Source: Dehalococcoidia bacterium (GTDB lineage: Bacteria; Chloroflexota; Dehalococcoidia; Bin125). Taken from it: a stretch of DNA of 64,000 nt. The notes under the pieces are model-generated. The model was given only the letters and a program-made list of their open reading frames with translations. It ran no database searches and was not told where the DNA came from. Numbering within the stretch: position 1 is the first letter of the stretch; each line of letters starts with the position of its first letter. The stretch spans positions 1,281,267 through 1,345,266 of the forward strand of contig OZ241849.1 in the NCBI GenBank assembly GCA_965203165.1, written 5' to 3'. The position numbers and the translations under genes were made by a program. Positions 29,910 to 41,022 of this stretch are shown piece by piece.

Positions 29910-32516
29910 ATGACCACTAGTTTGCCGCTTGACGGGGCGCTGGTGCTGGATTTGGCCGACGAGCCGGCGGTTGCCGCGGGGCGCTACCTCGCTGATCTGG
30001 GCGCGCGGGTGGTGCGCGTCGAATCCGCCAGCGGCGATCGCCTGCGCCGCGTCGGTCCGTGGGTCGACGGCGAGCCGGGCATTGAGCGCGGCCTGCGCCA
30101 CCTGCTCTACAACCAGGGCAAGCAGTCGCTGGCGCTGGCGTTGGACGCGCCCGAAGCCTGGGACGTGATCGAGCGGCTCGCCGAGCGCGCCGATGTCGTG
30201 ATCGGCCCGGTCGAGAAGTCGGAGCGCGCGCGCCGCGCCTTTGAGCGGCTGCGGCGCAACGCCGAAGCGGGCGCCGAGGACGCGCCGAGCGTGATCGACA
30301 TCGTCTTCCGTCGCGGCGATCCGGAGCAGGCCGCCACGGACCTGATCGCGATGGCGGCCGGCAGCCAGCTGGTCTGCAACGGCTTCCCCGACACCGCGCC
30401 CGACTATCCGGCGGGCAAGCTCGGCTACAAGCAGACCGCCTACTGCGCGGTCGCCGCGGCGGTGTCGGCGATCTGGCAGCGCTGGCGCGGCGGCGGCGCG
30501 GTCGGCAGCGTCGTCAGCATGCAGGAGGCGGTCGCCTCGACGATGATTCAGGCGGCCAACCAGAACCTCTACGTCTGGCACGGGATGATCGCGGAGCGCG
30601 ACGGCACCGGCGGGCTCAAGTATCCGGTGGTCGGGGCGGGCTTCGGCGCGTACGAGCAGGGCCGCTTCGAAGACGGCGAGATCGTTTTCATCAACACGCC
30701 GGGCTCGACCTACCAATGCGCCGACGGCAAGTGGGTGACATATCTGGGCAACCCGACCAGCACGGCGTGGGAGAACTTCCCCAACTGGTACGCGGAGGTG
30801 ACGGGCGACGACACGCTGCTCCAGGAGCCGTGGACCTCGCAGGATTACCGCGTCGCGCACCGCGAGGAGATGATCGAGTTCACGCGCCGCTTCTGCGCGG
30901 CGCAAAACCGCGAGGATCTGGTGCGCCGCGCGCAGGCGGAAGGCGATCTCGGCCTGCCGGTGCAGACCGCGCACGATCTGGTCGGCGACATCCATCTACA
31001 GGAGCGCGGCTTCTTCCGCGCCGTCGAGCACCCGCAGCTGGGGCGCAGCATTACGCTGCCACGCTCGCCTTACCGCTCGGACGCCTACGATTTCGGCTCG
31101 CGTCCCGCGCCGGCGCTCGGCGCGCACAGCGTTGAAGTGCTGCGGGAGATCGGCGGTCTCGGCAACGGCGAGATCGGCGAGCTGATCGAGTTGGGCATCG
31201 TGCGCGGCGACCGCTCGCAGTTGAACGGCGCAAACGGTTCGCTTGGCGCTTCGATTAGTGCAAACGGCGCGGCGGCTGCGCCGCCCGCGCTGAACGCGCC
31301 CGCCGATCACGGCGCGGATTCGCTGCCGCTGGCCGGCGTGCGCGTGCTCGACTTCTGCTGGATGGCGGCGGGGCCGCTGATCACCGAGATGCTGGCCAAC
31401 CTCGGCGCGGATGTGATCAAGATCGAGTCCGCCTCCGGGCTGGACAGCGTGCGCGAGTTTTCGCACCCGCCGCGCGGCTTCTCGATCGACACCGGCGCAT
31501 TCTTCAACGACACCAACACCGACAAGCGGAGCATCACGCTCAACCTGCACAAGCCGCAGAGCCTCGAACTGATCCGTAGCGTGCTCGACCAGTTCGACAT
31601 CGTGACCAACAACTTCGCGCCGGGCGCGATGCAGAAGTTCGGCCTCACCTACGACGAGCTGCGCGCGATCAAGCCCGATCTGATCTACGCCTCGTTCCCG
31701 GTGATGGGCACGTGGGGGCCGAACAACAGCTGGCGCGGGATCGGCAACGGCGTGACGGGGCTCTCGGGCGTGGTGGGGCAGACGGGACAAGCGGACCGCG
31801 CGCCGATCGGGCTGGGCTCGCTGCACACCGATTTCACGCTCGCGCCGATCGCCGCTTCGCAGATCATCGCCGCGCTGATCCACCGCGAGCGCACGGGCGA
31901 GGGGCAGGAGATCGAGATCGCGCAGTACGAGGCGGCCGTCCACCTGCTTGACGCCGAGCTGGTCGACGCGCTGGTCAACGACGCCGACACGCCGCGGATC
32001 GGCAACCGCTCGACCGAGTACGCGCCGCACGGCCTCTTTCCGGCCAACGGGAACGATGAGTGGCTCGCGGTCGCGGTGCGCGGAACGGGCGAGTGGCTCG
32101 AGCTCTGCGACGTGATCAAACGCCCCGACCTGGCGGAGCGCGGCGAGCTGCGCAGCCTCGCCGGGCGCAAAGCGGCGGAGGACGAGATCGAAGCCGCGCT
32201 GGCGGCCTGGTCGAGCCAGCTCGACCCATGGCGCGCAGCCGGTCTGCTGCAGGCGCGCGGCATCCCCGCCTCGCCCGCCGAAACCGCCCGCGACCTGGTG
32301 CTCAACGACGACGGGATTCAGCCCTATTTCTTCCATTTCCAGCGCGGCGAGGCGCCTTTCATGGTGCAGCACCAGCCGTTCACCTGGAACGGCCGCCGGC
32401 TGGGCAAGCGGGGCTCGCCCGAACTGGGCGAGCACAACGAGCAGGTGCTCAAAGAGGAGTGGGGCGTGGGCGATGAGCGCTACGTTGACCTGCTGGTCGA
32501 GCAGGTCATCTTCTAA
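29910..32516 (+). CDS. Tandem (double-domain) CoA-transferase family III protein
   Basis: Two complete CaiB/BaiF units: LVLDLADEPAVAAGRYLADLGARVVRVE... and VRVLDFCWMAAGPLITEMLANLGADVIKIE.... ATG at 29910 follows GGAG. Confidence 0.8.
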   Translation: MTTSLPLDGALVLDLADEPAVAAGRYLADLGARVVRVESASGDRLRRVGPWVDGEPGIERGLRHLLYNQGKQSLALALDAPEAWDVIERLAERADVVIGPVEKSERARRAFERLRRNAEAGAEDAPSVIDIVFRRGDPEQAATDLIAMAAGSQLVCNGFPDTAPDYPAGKLGYKQTAYCAVAAAVSAIWQRWRGGGAVGSVVSMQEAVASTMIQAANQNLYVWHGMIAERDGTGGLKYPVVGAGFGAYEQGRFEDGEIVFINTPGSTYQCADGKWVTYLGNPTSTAWENFPNWYAEVTGDDTLLQEPWTSQDYRVAHREEMIEFTRRFCAAQNREDLVRRAQAEGDLGLPVQTAHDLVGDIHLQERGFFRAVEHPQLGRSITLPRSPYRSDAYDFGSRPAPALGAHSVEVLREIGGLGNGEIGELIELGIVRGDRSQLNGANGSLGASISANGAAAAPPALNAPADHGADSLPLAGVRVLDFCWMAAGPLITEMLANLGADVIKIESASGLDSVREFSHPPRGFSIDTGAFFNDTNTDKRSITLNLHKPQSLELIRSVLDQFDIVTNNFAPGAMQKFGLTYDELRAIKPDLIYASFPVMGTWGPNNSWRGIGNGVTGLSGVVGQTGQADRAPIGLGSLHTDFTLAPIAASQIIAALIHRERTGEGQEIEIAQYEAAVHLLDAELVDALVNDADTPRIGNRSTEYAPHGLFPANGNDEWLAVAVRGTGEWLELCDVIKRPDLAERGELRSLAGRKAAEDEIEAALAAWSSQLDPWRAAGLLQARGIPASPAETARDLVLNDDGIQPYFFHFQRGEAPFMVQHQPFTWNGRRLGKRGSPELGEHNEQVLKEEWGVGDERYVDLLVEQVIF

Positions 32517-32532
32517 TCACCGCCTCCGCGAC

Positions 32533-34280
32533 TCATTCGCGCTCCGACTCGCCGCGGTCCACTTCAACGAAAGCGCGGGTCAACGCCTCTTCCATTGCAG
32601 TCGGAGGCTCCGCACCACCGGGTTCCGGATCGCCGTCAGCCGCCCGAGCCGACGGCTCTGCTTCGTCCGAGCCATCGCCCACATGCACAACACGCCAGAC
32701 GCCGTCGAACTCCCAGCCAGCCTCTTCGACAGCAGATCGATCTTCAACCGCGCCCAAAACAAGGTGGCCAGCAGCGCCCGCGCCACTCCGCTCGCGATCG
32801 ACGCGAAGGATCTTGACCGGGATGAGATCCCCTTTTCTGACAACGTCTTCGACGCTGCCGTCGGCGCCCGGGGCGAGTTGAGAGACATCCATGTGCCCGT
32901 GGACGTACGTCCCTTCAATTCGCGCGTTCACAACTCTTTTCGATTGTACGCCCGCAACTTCGGCGATTACGAACGGTTCGGTGCGCAGCCGCGCTACGAC
33001 ACTGTCCCATTCTTGGGAGGCCGCCTGGCGCATCGAGAGGCGCAGATCTGCGGAGCCCGCGCGCACCGCCAGAACGTGCACTTGTACATCCTGCCCTACC
33101 TGGAACATGTCGCTGGCGACTGTGTCGTGACTCCACGAAACTTCCCTGTTCGGTATGAGCCAACTGACGCCGCCGTACTCCACGGACACACTGCCGTTTG
33201 ATCGGATCTTGCTGATCTTGCCGGCGATGACGTCGCCCTTCTTCAGCCCGGTTAGCGCCGTGCGTTTCCGCGCCGCGCGCTCTGAGAGAATCGCCTCTTT
33301 TTGCCTGGGATCGAACTTGACCACCTTGAACCACAACGAACTGCCGCGCTTGTACTTGCGAACATCCGCGTCGGCGAGTTGGCTTCGCGGCGCGAGTGCT
33401 ACTGCGCCTCGAACCATGACCTTCAAGCCGTCTTCGCTGTAGTCGACGATGCGGCCGTGCACCAGCGCATCCTCGGTGTAACAGCGTTCGAGTTCGTCCC
33501 ACCCGATCAAGTAGTTCGCGCTGTCCGCGGTCACCGTGTAGTCGTCAAGCCACAACTTATGCATCGGTGATCGCGCCCCAGCTCCGAGGTGTCGGAGCCG
33601 GCGGTGTTTCTTGTCCAGAATCTGGTCCTGGCGCTTCCGCGTGCCGTCGGCTTGCAGCACCCGCCGGCACCACCCGGCTCGATGTATCTGCGGCAGGAGT
33701 TCAGTGCTGTAGCGGGTCAGCATCGCATGCATGAGCGGGAGAAAATCGCTGTCCTCCGAGAACAGGATGGCGACATCAAACTCCCCTTGCGCCGCCATGG
33801 CGAGCACATCCACGGTCAGCTGCGTGTCAACCTCCTGTTCGAAGGGTTTGCACCGCTCCGCCCAACGTGGGTGCGACGCCTTCGGATAGTGAAGCGGTGG
33901 ATCAATGACTGTGATTTTCGGGCTGTCGACCGGGTCAGACATATTGCCGTCCAACCACGCGTACTTTCTCGCAAGGCTGTCGGCGTGCCTCTTCGACTCC
34001 TTCTGCTGATGGGGCAGGCCGCGATACACACGGACCTCTGACAGCTTCAGTGGGGGCAATCCGCGTCGCTCTGGCCTTTTGTTGTACTGTTCGCAGACCA
34101 GTCTTCCGAGCTCGCCAGGGTGAAAGTGCCCAGCATTGTCGAGGCGGTCCCCGAACAGCCTGGCAGCATTCTGCCGGGCGTTCTCGTAATCGACGAACAG
34201 CACCGTCTTGAGATGATCGACATCGGACGCCGCGTGGTCCTGTGTTCTCGCAACATCCGGCTCGTGGTGATCAAGCGGCA
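32533..34280 (-). CDS. NYN-domain (LabA-like) ribonuclease fused to three S1 RNA-binding domains
   Basis: NYN: TVLFVDYENARQNA...FDVAILFSEDSDFLPLM. Three S1-like segments: GRIVDYSEDGLKVMV..., GDVIAGKISKIRSNGSVSVE..., VIAEVAGVQSKRVVNARIEGTYVHGHM.... Likely GTG start overlapping the upstream stop (GTGCCGCTTGA). Confidence 0.55.
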
Positions 34281-34891
34281 CTCGGAGCCTCGCTCTCGAG
34301 GACCTGATCAAGAACGTGCCAGGCCAGAGTATGTTGCCTGATGGCCCCGGCGCTGAGGCGCCAATCTCGCCACAGATGCTCTTGACCGGTCCATGCTGCA
34401 AGATCAAGCCGAGGCGCTGCACCTGCGCCAAACCGATCAGTGATCGCACGCACCACCGGCGCACAGTCTCGATCAGTTGAGAACAGTACCGCAACAGCTA
34501 GCTCGGATGCTCCAGCAGCGGCGAGCTGCGCCCAATTAAACAGCTCGGTCGACAGCGTCGTGTAGAGTTCTTTGACCGTTCTCCATCGAGGCTCATCGTA
34601 CGCGTGCTCCCAAACGTAGACGCGCTCACCACCATGCCTGGACTCCCAGGCTTGGCCTAACTCTTCGTAGAACCGGTGCTCTACACTCCCGTGTTCGCGC
34701 GGGATGCCTCGAAACACGCACGATTGGAGCAGTTCATAGGCCGAATCGCCCGAGTTGGCCTCGCGGCCCATCTCGTCGCAGATGGCCTCGCCAAGCCTCC
34801 ACGGGTCAAAGTGGCCGTCGCCGCCCGACTGGGCTGCCGCGAATGAGCGTGCATCCTCATAGTCGATGAATGCGATGACCTGCGTCGCCAT
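34271..34891 (-). CDS. Stand-alone NYN-domain (LabA-like) protein
   Basis: MATQVIAFIDYEDARSF...ELAVAVLFSTDRDCAPVV. Its start may be further upstream (35020). Confidence 0.55.
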   Translation of the reverse strand: MATQVIAFIDYEDARSFAAAQSGGDGHFDPWRLGEAICDEMGREANSGDSAYELLQSCVFRGIPREHGSVEHRFYEELGQAWESRHGGERVYVWEHAYDEPRWRTVKELYTTLSTELFNWAQLAAAGASELAVAVLFSTDRDCAPVVRAITDRFGAGAAPRLDLAAWTGQEHLWRDWRLSAGAIRQHTLAWHVLDQVLESEAPSAA

Positions 34892-35601
34892 TGGCGTCTC
34901 CGCCAGAAACGAGCCAGCCCCGCCGCACCGGTTCTTTACGCCGGCCGGCAGGGCTGCCCATCCGCTCAGCTGCTGAGTGCCCGAGTGCTCTAGGTACGCG
35001 CCACTTACGTTCTCCGGCATCTCGTCGCGTGGCTGGCGCCTGGAGGAGTTCGTCCTTGCCAGACAGGTTGTGCCCCTGCGATGTCCACCGAAACGCGTCG
35101 ATCGGTTCCCCTAGCTCGAGCTCCTCTCCGGGTTTCTCCCGGAAGACTGAGCCTCTTCATCCTAGCACACACTCTGATCCGTGTGTCAAGCTCCAGTCGC
35201 AAGACGCGCCAAAGCCCCTTCAGGGCTCAAGTCTGCTGGACCGATCTCTCGCAAACGGACCACGGCGCGGCGGCGGTGAGGCGCAGTTCGCTGCGTTGGG
35301 CTTGCTGCTGCCGGAGGTCCGTTGGGGCGGCGCTGCGGCAGAGGGCGATGTCGCTGAGCAAGTCGGCGCGTTGGGCGGTGACGGTGGCGCGGGTGGTGCG
35401 TTGGGGGATGGGGCGGATGCCGGCGCCGCGTTGGCGGGGCAGGAGGGTGAACGTACCCATATTCTGATTAGGTGCCGGGCGGCGGGGTTTGTCAAGTGGA
35501 TGAGGATGTGGAGGCGGGCGCGGGGCGCTGTGCTGGGCGCGACGGGGGTTTCGGCACCGGGTGTGCTGGGATTGTTTGGGTCGGGGCAGTGAGGTTTTGG
35601 G

Positions 35602-35790
35602 GCGCGATGGGGTTGGGCGCGGGCTGTGCGAGCGGCGCGATGGAGTTGGGCGCGGGCTGTGCGAGCGGCGCGACGGAGTTGGCGCGGGCCGTGCCAAGGG
35701 CGCGACGGCGCGCGCGGGCCGTGCTAAGGGCACGGTGGAGTTGGGCGCGGGTTTGTGCCAGGGGCGCGCGACGGCGACGGGCCTCGGCTA
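35602..35790. repeat. Degenerate 33-bp tandem repeat (about 5 copies) in the 3' region of glnK
   Basis: GCGCGATGGRGTTGGGCGCGGGCTGTGCGAGCG appears twice as perfect copies, then diverged copies. Confidence 0.5.
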
Positions 35791-36132
35791 GAGGACGTCG
35801 GGGCCGCGTTCGCCGGTGCGGACACGGATGGCGTCCTCTACGTCGGAGACGAAGATTTTGCCGTCGCCGATGTTGCCGGTGCGCGCGTTGGTCAGGATTG
35901 CGTCCAGCGCCTTGTCGGCCCAGTCCTGGGTTGAGACGACGATGGTCAGCTTGACCTTGGGCAGCATGTCCACCCGGTAGGGCTGGCCGCCGCGGCCGTC
36001 GCGCTGCACGCCGCCCTGGTGGCCGTGGCCGGCCACGTTTTCGACGTGCATGCCGTTGATCTCGAGCTTGACCAGCGCTCGCTTGACCTCGTCCATGGCC
36101 TCCGGGCGAATGATCGCCTCGATCTTCTTCAT
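35788..36132 (-). CDS. glnK: Nitrogen regulatory protein P-II
   Basis: MKKIEAIIRPE...; T-loop GHGHQGG... in a homologous position; immediately downstream of amt. Confidence 0.9.
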   Translation of the reverse strand: MKKIEAIIRPEAMDEVKRALVKLEINGMHVENVAGHGHQGGVQRDGRGGQPYRVDMLPKVKLTIVVSTQDWADKALDAILTNARTGNIGDGKIFVSDVEDAIRVRTGERGPDVL

Positions 36133-37472
36133 TATCGCGACCTCCTGCGCAGAACTTCGAAGCCGACGACCGGCTCTTCGTGCTCTTCCGAGCTCGCCGC
36201 CCAGCTGACGCCGATCTCGTCAAACTGGTAGGCGGGCTCGTTGTGTCCCGCTCGATCCAGACCGATCAGTTCCTCGCGCGGCTCCACCCGCAGCGGGATG
36301 AACTTGCCGATCACCCAGAACAGCCCGATCGACAGCGCCAGCGACCACGCGAATGCGGCCAGCACGCCGACGATCTGCTTCCAGAACAGGTCCCACGAAC
36401 CCTCGATTGCCCCGCTCACGCCGTTGATCGCCGTCACGGCGAACAGGCCGGTGGCCAGCGCGCCCCAGATGCCGCCCACGCCGTGGACGGCGAAGACATC
36501 GAGCGTGTCGTCGAGGTGCCCCCAGTTGTGCAGCAGGCGCACGGCGTAGAAGCCGAGCACACTGGCCATCCCGCCGATCATGATCGCCGGCATGGCGTCG
36601 AGATAGCCGTCGGTGGCGGGCCAGAGGCCGACGAAGCCCGCGGCTGGCGTGATTGCGACCAGCCCGGCCACGGCGCCGGTCGCCGCGCCGATGATTGAGG
36701 GGTGCCCGGTGTAGCGCCAGCTGAGCAGGGTCCAAGCCACCGCGCCGGCGCCGGCCGAGATGTGCGTCTGCACGAAGGCGCTGGCGGCGAGGCCGTCGGC
36801 CGCCAGCGCGGAGCCGGCGTTGAAGCCGAACCAGCCGAACCAGAGCAGGCCCGCGCCGAGCACGACCTTGGAGACATCGTGGGGGTCGGTCTCCGCCACG
36901 CTGTCGCGGCGGCGTCCGACGAAGATTGCGCCGGCCAGCGCGGCAGCGCCGGCGTTGATGTGCACCACGGCGCCGCCCGCGAAGTCCACCGCGCCCAAGT
37001 CGAGCAGCCAGCCGCCCGGAGCCCAGACCCAGTGCGCCAGCGGCGCGTAAACGATCGTGACCCAGGCCACGGTGAAGACGATCAGCGCGCTGAAGCGGAT
37101 GCGCTCGACGAACGCGCCGGTGATCAGCGCCGGGGTGATGATCGCGAACATCATCTGGAAGCCCATGAAGATGATGTCGGGCACGCCGCCGGAGGAGGGC
37201 CAGACGCCATCCTCGTCCGGCCCCAGGCCGCGCAGGCCGAAGTTTTTGAGGTCGCCGACGAAGCCGCCGATGTCGCCGCTGAACGCCAGGCTGTAGCCCC
37301 AGAGCACCCAGACGATCGTGACGACGCCCATCATCGTGAACGACTGCATGATCGTGGAGGCGGCGTTCTTGGTCCGCACCAGGCCGCTGTAGAAGAATGC
37401 GAGACCCACCACCATCAGCAGCACCAGCGCCGCTGAGACCAACAACCAGGCGACATTGCCTCCGTCGAGCAT
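36132..37472 (-). CDS. amt: Ammonium transporter
   Basis: Amt/MEP signature, 11 TM segments, GAVAGLVAITPAAG... region. Confidence 0.9.
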   Translation of the reverse strand: MLDGGNVAWLLVSAALVLLMVVGLAFFYSGLVRTKNAASTIMQSFTMMGVVTIVWVLWGYSLAFSGDIGGFVGDLKNFGLRGLGPDEDGVWPSSGGVPDIIFMGFQMMFAIITPALITGAFVERIRFSALIVFTVAWVTIVYAPLAHWVWAPGGWLLDLGAVDFAGGAVVHINAGAAALAGAIFVGRRRDSVAETDPHDVSKVVLGAGLLWFGWFGFNAGSALAADGLAASAFVQTHISAGAGAVAWTLLSWRYTGHPSIIGAATGAVAGLVAITPAAGFVGLWPATDGYLDAMPAIMIGGMASVLGFYAVRLLHNWGHLDDTLDVFAVHGVGGIWGALATGLFAVTAINGVSGAIEGSWDLFWKQIVGVLAAFAWSLALSIGLFWVIGKFIPLRVEPREELIGLDRAGHNEPAYQFDEIGVSWAASSEEHEEPVVGFEVLRRRSR

Positions 37473-37714
37473 TGCGGTTTCTCCTCTTCAGCGGCGGGGC
37501 GGCGAGGGCCGCCCGCGGCGCGGTTCGGCGCTGCGGATTGCGCGGGAACGCACAAGGTCGCACAGGGCCCCGTTCGCGCGCTTGCGTAGAATACAACGAT
37601 GCGCGGCTAGCGCTACAGCGATCGCCCGATTGTGAAGTTGACAGTTGAGTCGGCTGATAAGATCACCCGCACTGCGGCTCCCGCAGCCGCCCCCGAAGAC
37701 CGCCCGGAGACCGC

Positions 37715-38491
<777 letters not shown>

Positions 38492-38711
38492 TTGAGTTGG
38501 CGGCCGCTCGGTCGCCGCGGCGCGCGCGCCGGGCGCGCAGGCGGTGGATAAGCGCTCCAGGCAACGCAGCCGCTGTTGCGCAACCGTCATCCACAGGTTG
38601 TTGACAGGACCGCGGCGAGGCTGAATACGGATACAATCAAGGGCAGCGGCGCACGTGCCGCTGCGACGCGGTGGATGAGACGGCGGCAAAGCCGCCGCTC
38701 CCGGAGCCGAC

Positions 38712-39722
38712 ATGGACGACCATTCCGCCCCCCCCAGCGAGGCCGCGACCGACGACGCCTACGCGCTCGTCTTCCCCGGCCAGGGCTCGCAGTCCGTCGG
38801 CATGGCCGGCAAGGTGCTCGAGGTCCACCCGGCCGCCGAGCACTGGTTCGAGCGCGCCAATCAGCTGCTCGATTACGACCTGCTGGGCCTGATCGAGCGC
38901 GGCCCGGTGGAAGACCTCAACGAGACCGAGCATTCGCAGCCCGCGATCTTCGTGGCCAGCGTCGCTTGGCTCGAAGCGCTGCGAGCCACCTGGCACGCCG
39001 CCGGGCGAAAACTCAGCCCGACCGTCGTCTCCGGGCACAGCATGGGGCAGATCACCGCGATGTTCTCGGCCGGCTCGATCAACTTCGACGACGCGCTGCG
39101 GCTGGTCAAAAGCCGCGGCGAGCTGATGCGCGACGCCAATCTGCGCCGCCCCGGCGGGATGGCCTCGATCATCGGCCTGCGCGACCGCGTGCTCCGCTCG
39201 CTGGTCGGCGAGGCCGCCAACGACGGCACGATCGTGGTCGCCAACGACAACTGCCCCGGGCAGACCGTGGTCTCGGGCGACGACGCGCCGCTGCGCCGCC
39301 TGATGCGGCTGGCCGAGGACCACGGGGCGCGGCGGGTCGTGCGGCTGCCGATCTCGATCGCCTCGCATTCCCCGCTGATGGCCGACGCGCAGACGCAGTT
39401 CCGCGACGCGGTGCGCTCGGTCAAGTGGAGCGAGCCGGTCGTGCCGGTCGTGAGCAACATCAGCGGCGGCCTGATGCACACCAGCGACCAACTGGTCCAC
39501 GAGCTCTCCGACGCGCTCACCGCGCCGGTGCAGTGGCAGACGGCGGTCAAGACGATGGCCGCGCAGGGCTCGACGCTGTTCGTCGAAGCGGGGCCGGGCG
39601 ATGTGCTCTCGAAGCTCGTGCGGCGCATCTCGCGCACCTCCTGGACATTCCCGCTCTCCGACGACGACGCCGGACTGGGCGTGCGCGACTACCCGGACAA
39701 GAGCGACGGGATCCCCAAGTGA
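38712..39722 (+). CDS. fabD: Malonyl-CoA:ACP transacylase
   Basis: FPGQGSQSVGM and GHSMGQ active-site motifs. Confidence 0.85.
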   Translation: MDDHSAPPSEAATDDAYALVFPGQGSQSVGMAGKVLEVHPAAEHWFERANQLLDYDLLGLIERGPVEDLNETEHSQPAIFVASVAWLEALRATWHAAGRKLSPTVVSGHSMGQITAMFSAGSINFDDALRLVKSRGELMRDANLRRPGGMASIIGLRDRVLRSLVGEAANDGTIVVANDNCPGQTVVSGDDAPLRRLMRLAEDHGARRVVRLPISIASHSPLMADAQTQFRDAVRSVKWSEPVVPVVSNISGGLMHTSDQLVHELSDALTAPVQWQTAVKTMAAQGSTLFVEAGPGDVLSKLVRRISRTSWTFPLSDDDAGLGVRDYPDKSDGIPK

Positions 39723-39774
39723 GCCAGCCAGCGAGCCGCCGCCGGCTGCGCGCGGGCAATCCGCAGGCGGCCTG

Positions 39775-41022
39775 ATGCGGCGCACCGTGATCACCGGACT
39801 TGGCGCGGTCACGCCGGTCGGCAATGACATGCCGAGCAGCTGGGACGCGCTGATCGCCGGGCGCAGCGGCGTCGGGCGGCTGGAACGCTTCGACCCCGAA
39901 GCGGCCGGCATCCGCATTCCGATCGCCGCCGAAGTGCGCGGCTTCGAGCCCGACGCCGTGCTGCCCAACGACAAGGCGCTGCGCCACATCGATCGCAATG
40001 TGCAGTACGCGCTCGCCGCCGGCTTGGAGGCGTTGGCCGACTCCGCACTCGAGGTCAACGAGGACAACCGCGACCGGGTCGGGGTGATCTTCGGCAGCGG
40101 CGGCGGCGGAATGGAGCTCGTGATCCGCTGGGAGAACGTGCTCCAGGAGCGCGGCGCGCGGCGCGTCTCGCCGTTTGCGATGCCCAACCTGATCGCCGAC
40201 GCTGCCAGCGGGCACATCGCGATCGCGACCAGCGCGGCCGGGCCCAACTATTCGCCCACATCGGCCTGCGCGACGGGCGCGAACGCGGTCTCCGACGGGA
40301 TGCTTCAGATCGCGGCCGGTCGCGCCGACGCGCTGATCGTGGGCGGCTCGGAGGCGATCATTCTGCCGCTCTTCCACGCCTGCTTCGAGCGCATGGGCGT
40401 GCTCTCCGCGCCCGCCGAGCCGCTCTCCGCCTCGTGCCGCCCCTACGACCTGCACCGCGACGGCTTCGTGCCCGGCGAAGGCGCGGCGGCGCTGATGATC
40501 GAGGAGCTTGAGCACGCCCGCGCGCGCGGCGCGCGCATCTACGCCGAGGTGGTCGGCGGCGGCAGCGCCAACGACGCGCACGACATGGCGCAGCCCGACA
40601 GCGACGGCCTGGGGCTGATCGTCTCGGTCGAGCAGGCCTTAAATCAGGCGCAGATCGATCTCGCCGAGGTCGGCTACATCAGCACTCACGGCACCGCCAC
40701 CAAGCTTGGGGACCAGGTCGAGACCACGGCGATCAAGCGGCTCTTCGGCGCGCACGCCGAGGACCTCGCGATCTCTTCGATTAAGCCCGCCACCGGGCAC
40801 ATGATGGGCGCGAGCGGCGCGCTGGAAGTCAGCGTCTGCGCGCTGGCGCTGCATCACGGCGTCGCGCCGCCCACGCTCAACTACGAAACGCCCGATCCCG
40901 ATTGCGACCTCGACTGCATCCCCAACGAGGCGCGCGAAATTGATCTGGAGGCCGCCCTTTCCGTCTCCGTCGGCCTCGGCGGCCACAACGCCGCCGTCCT
41001 GCTCAAGCGCTACCGCGAATGA
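39775..41022 (+). CDS. fabF: 3-oxoacyl-ACP synthase II (KAS II), copy 1
   Basis: Cys-His-His triad contexts SACATG, STHGTAT and GHMMGASG. ATG at 39775 (MRRTVITGLGAVTPVG). Confidence 0.85.
   Translation: MRRTVITGLGAVTPVGNDMPSSWDALIAGRSGVGRLERFDPEAAGIRIPIAAEVRGFEPDAVLPNDKALRHIDRNVQYALAAGLEALADSALEVNEDNRDRVGVIFGSGGGGMELVIRWENVLQERGARRVSPFAMPNLIADAASGHIAIATSAAGPNYSPTSACATGANAVSDGMLQIAAGRADALIVGGSEAIILPLFHACFERMGVLSAPAEPLSASCRPYDLHRDGFVPGEGAAALMIEELEHARARGARIYAEVVGGGSANDAHDMAQPDSDGLGLIVSVEQALNQAQIDLAEVGYISTHGTATKLGDQVETTAIKRLFGAHAEDLAISSIKPATGHMMGASGALEVSVCALALHHGVAPPTLNYETPDPDCDLDCIPNEAREIDLEAALSVSVGLGGHNAAVLLKRYRE

Noticed and set aside
36220-37596. 458-aa and other long alternative-frame ORFs over amt (36220-37596, 36702-37436) and over most other genes
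   Set aside because: Typical of 70% GC sequence. These are Arg/Ala/Pro-rich with no domain signatures, while the annotated frame has clear family motifs.
38492-38711. Possible riboswitch or tRNA in the AT-richer intergenic regions (also 29579-29909, 56841-57137)
   Set aside because: No cloverleaf or known riboswitch consensus could be recognised by eye. Only a simple hairpin was seen.
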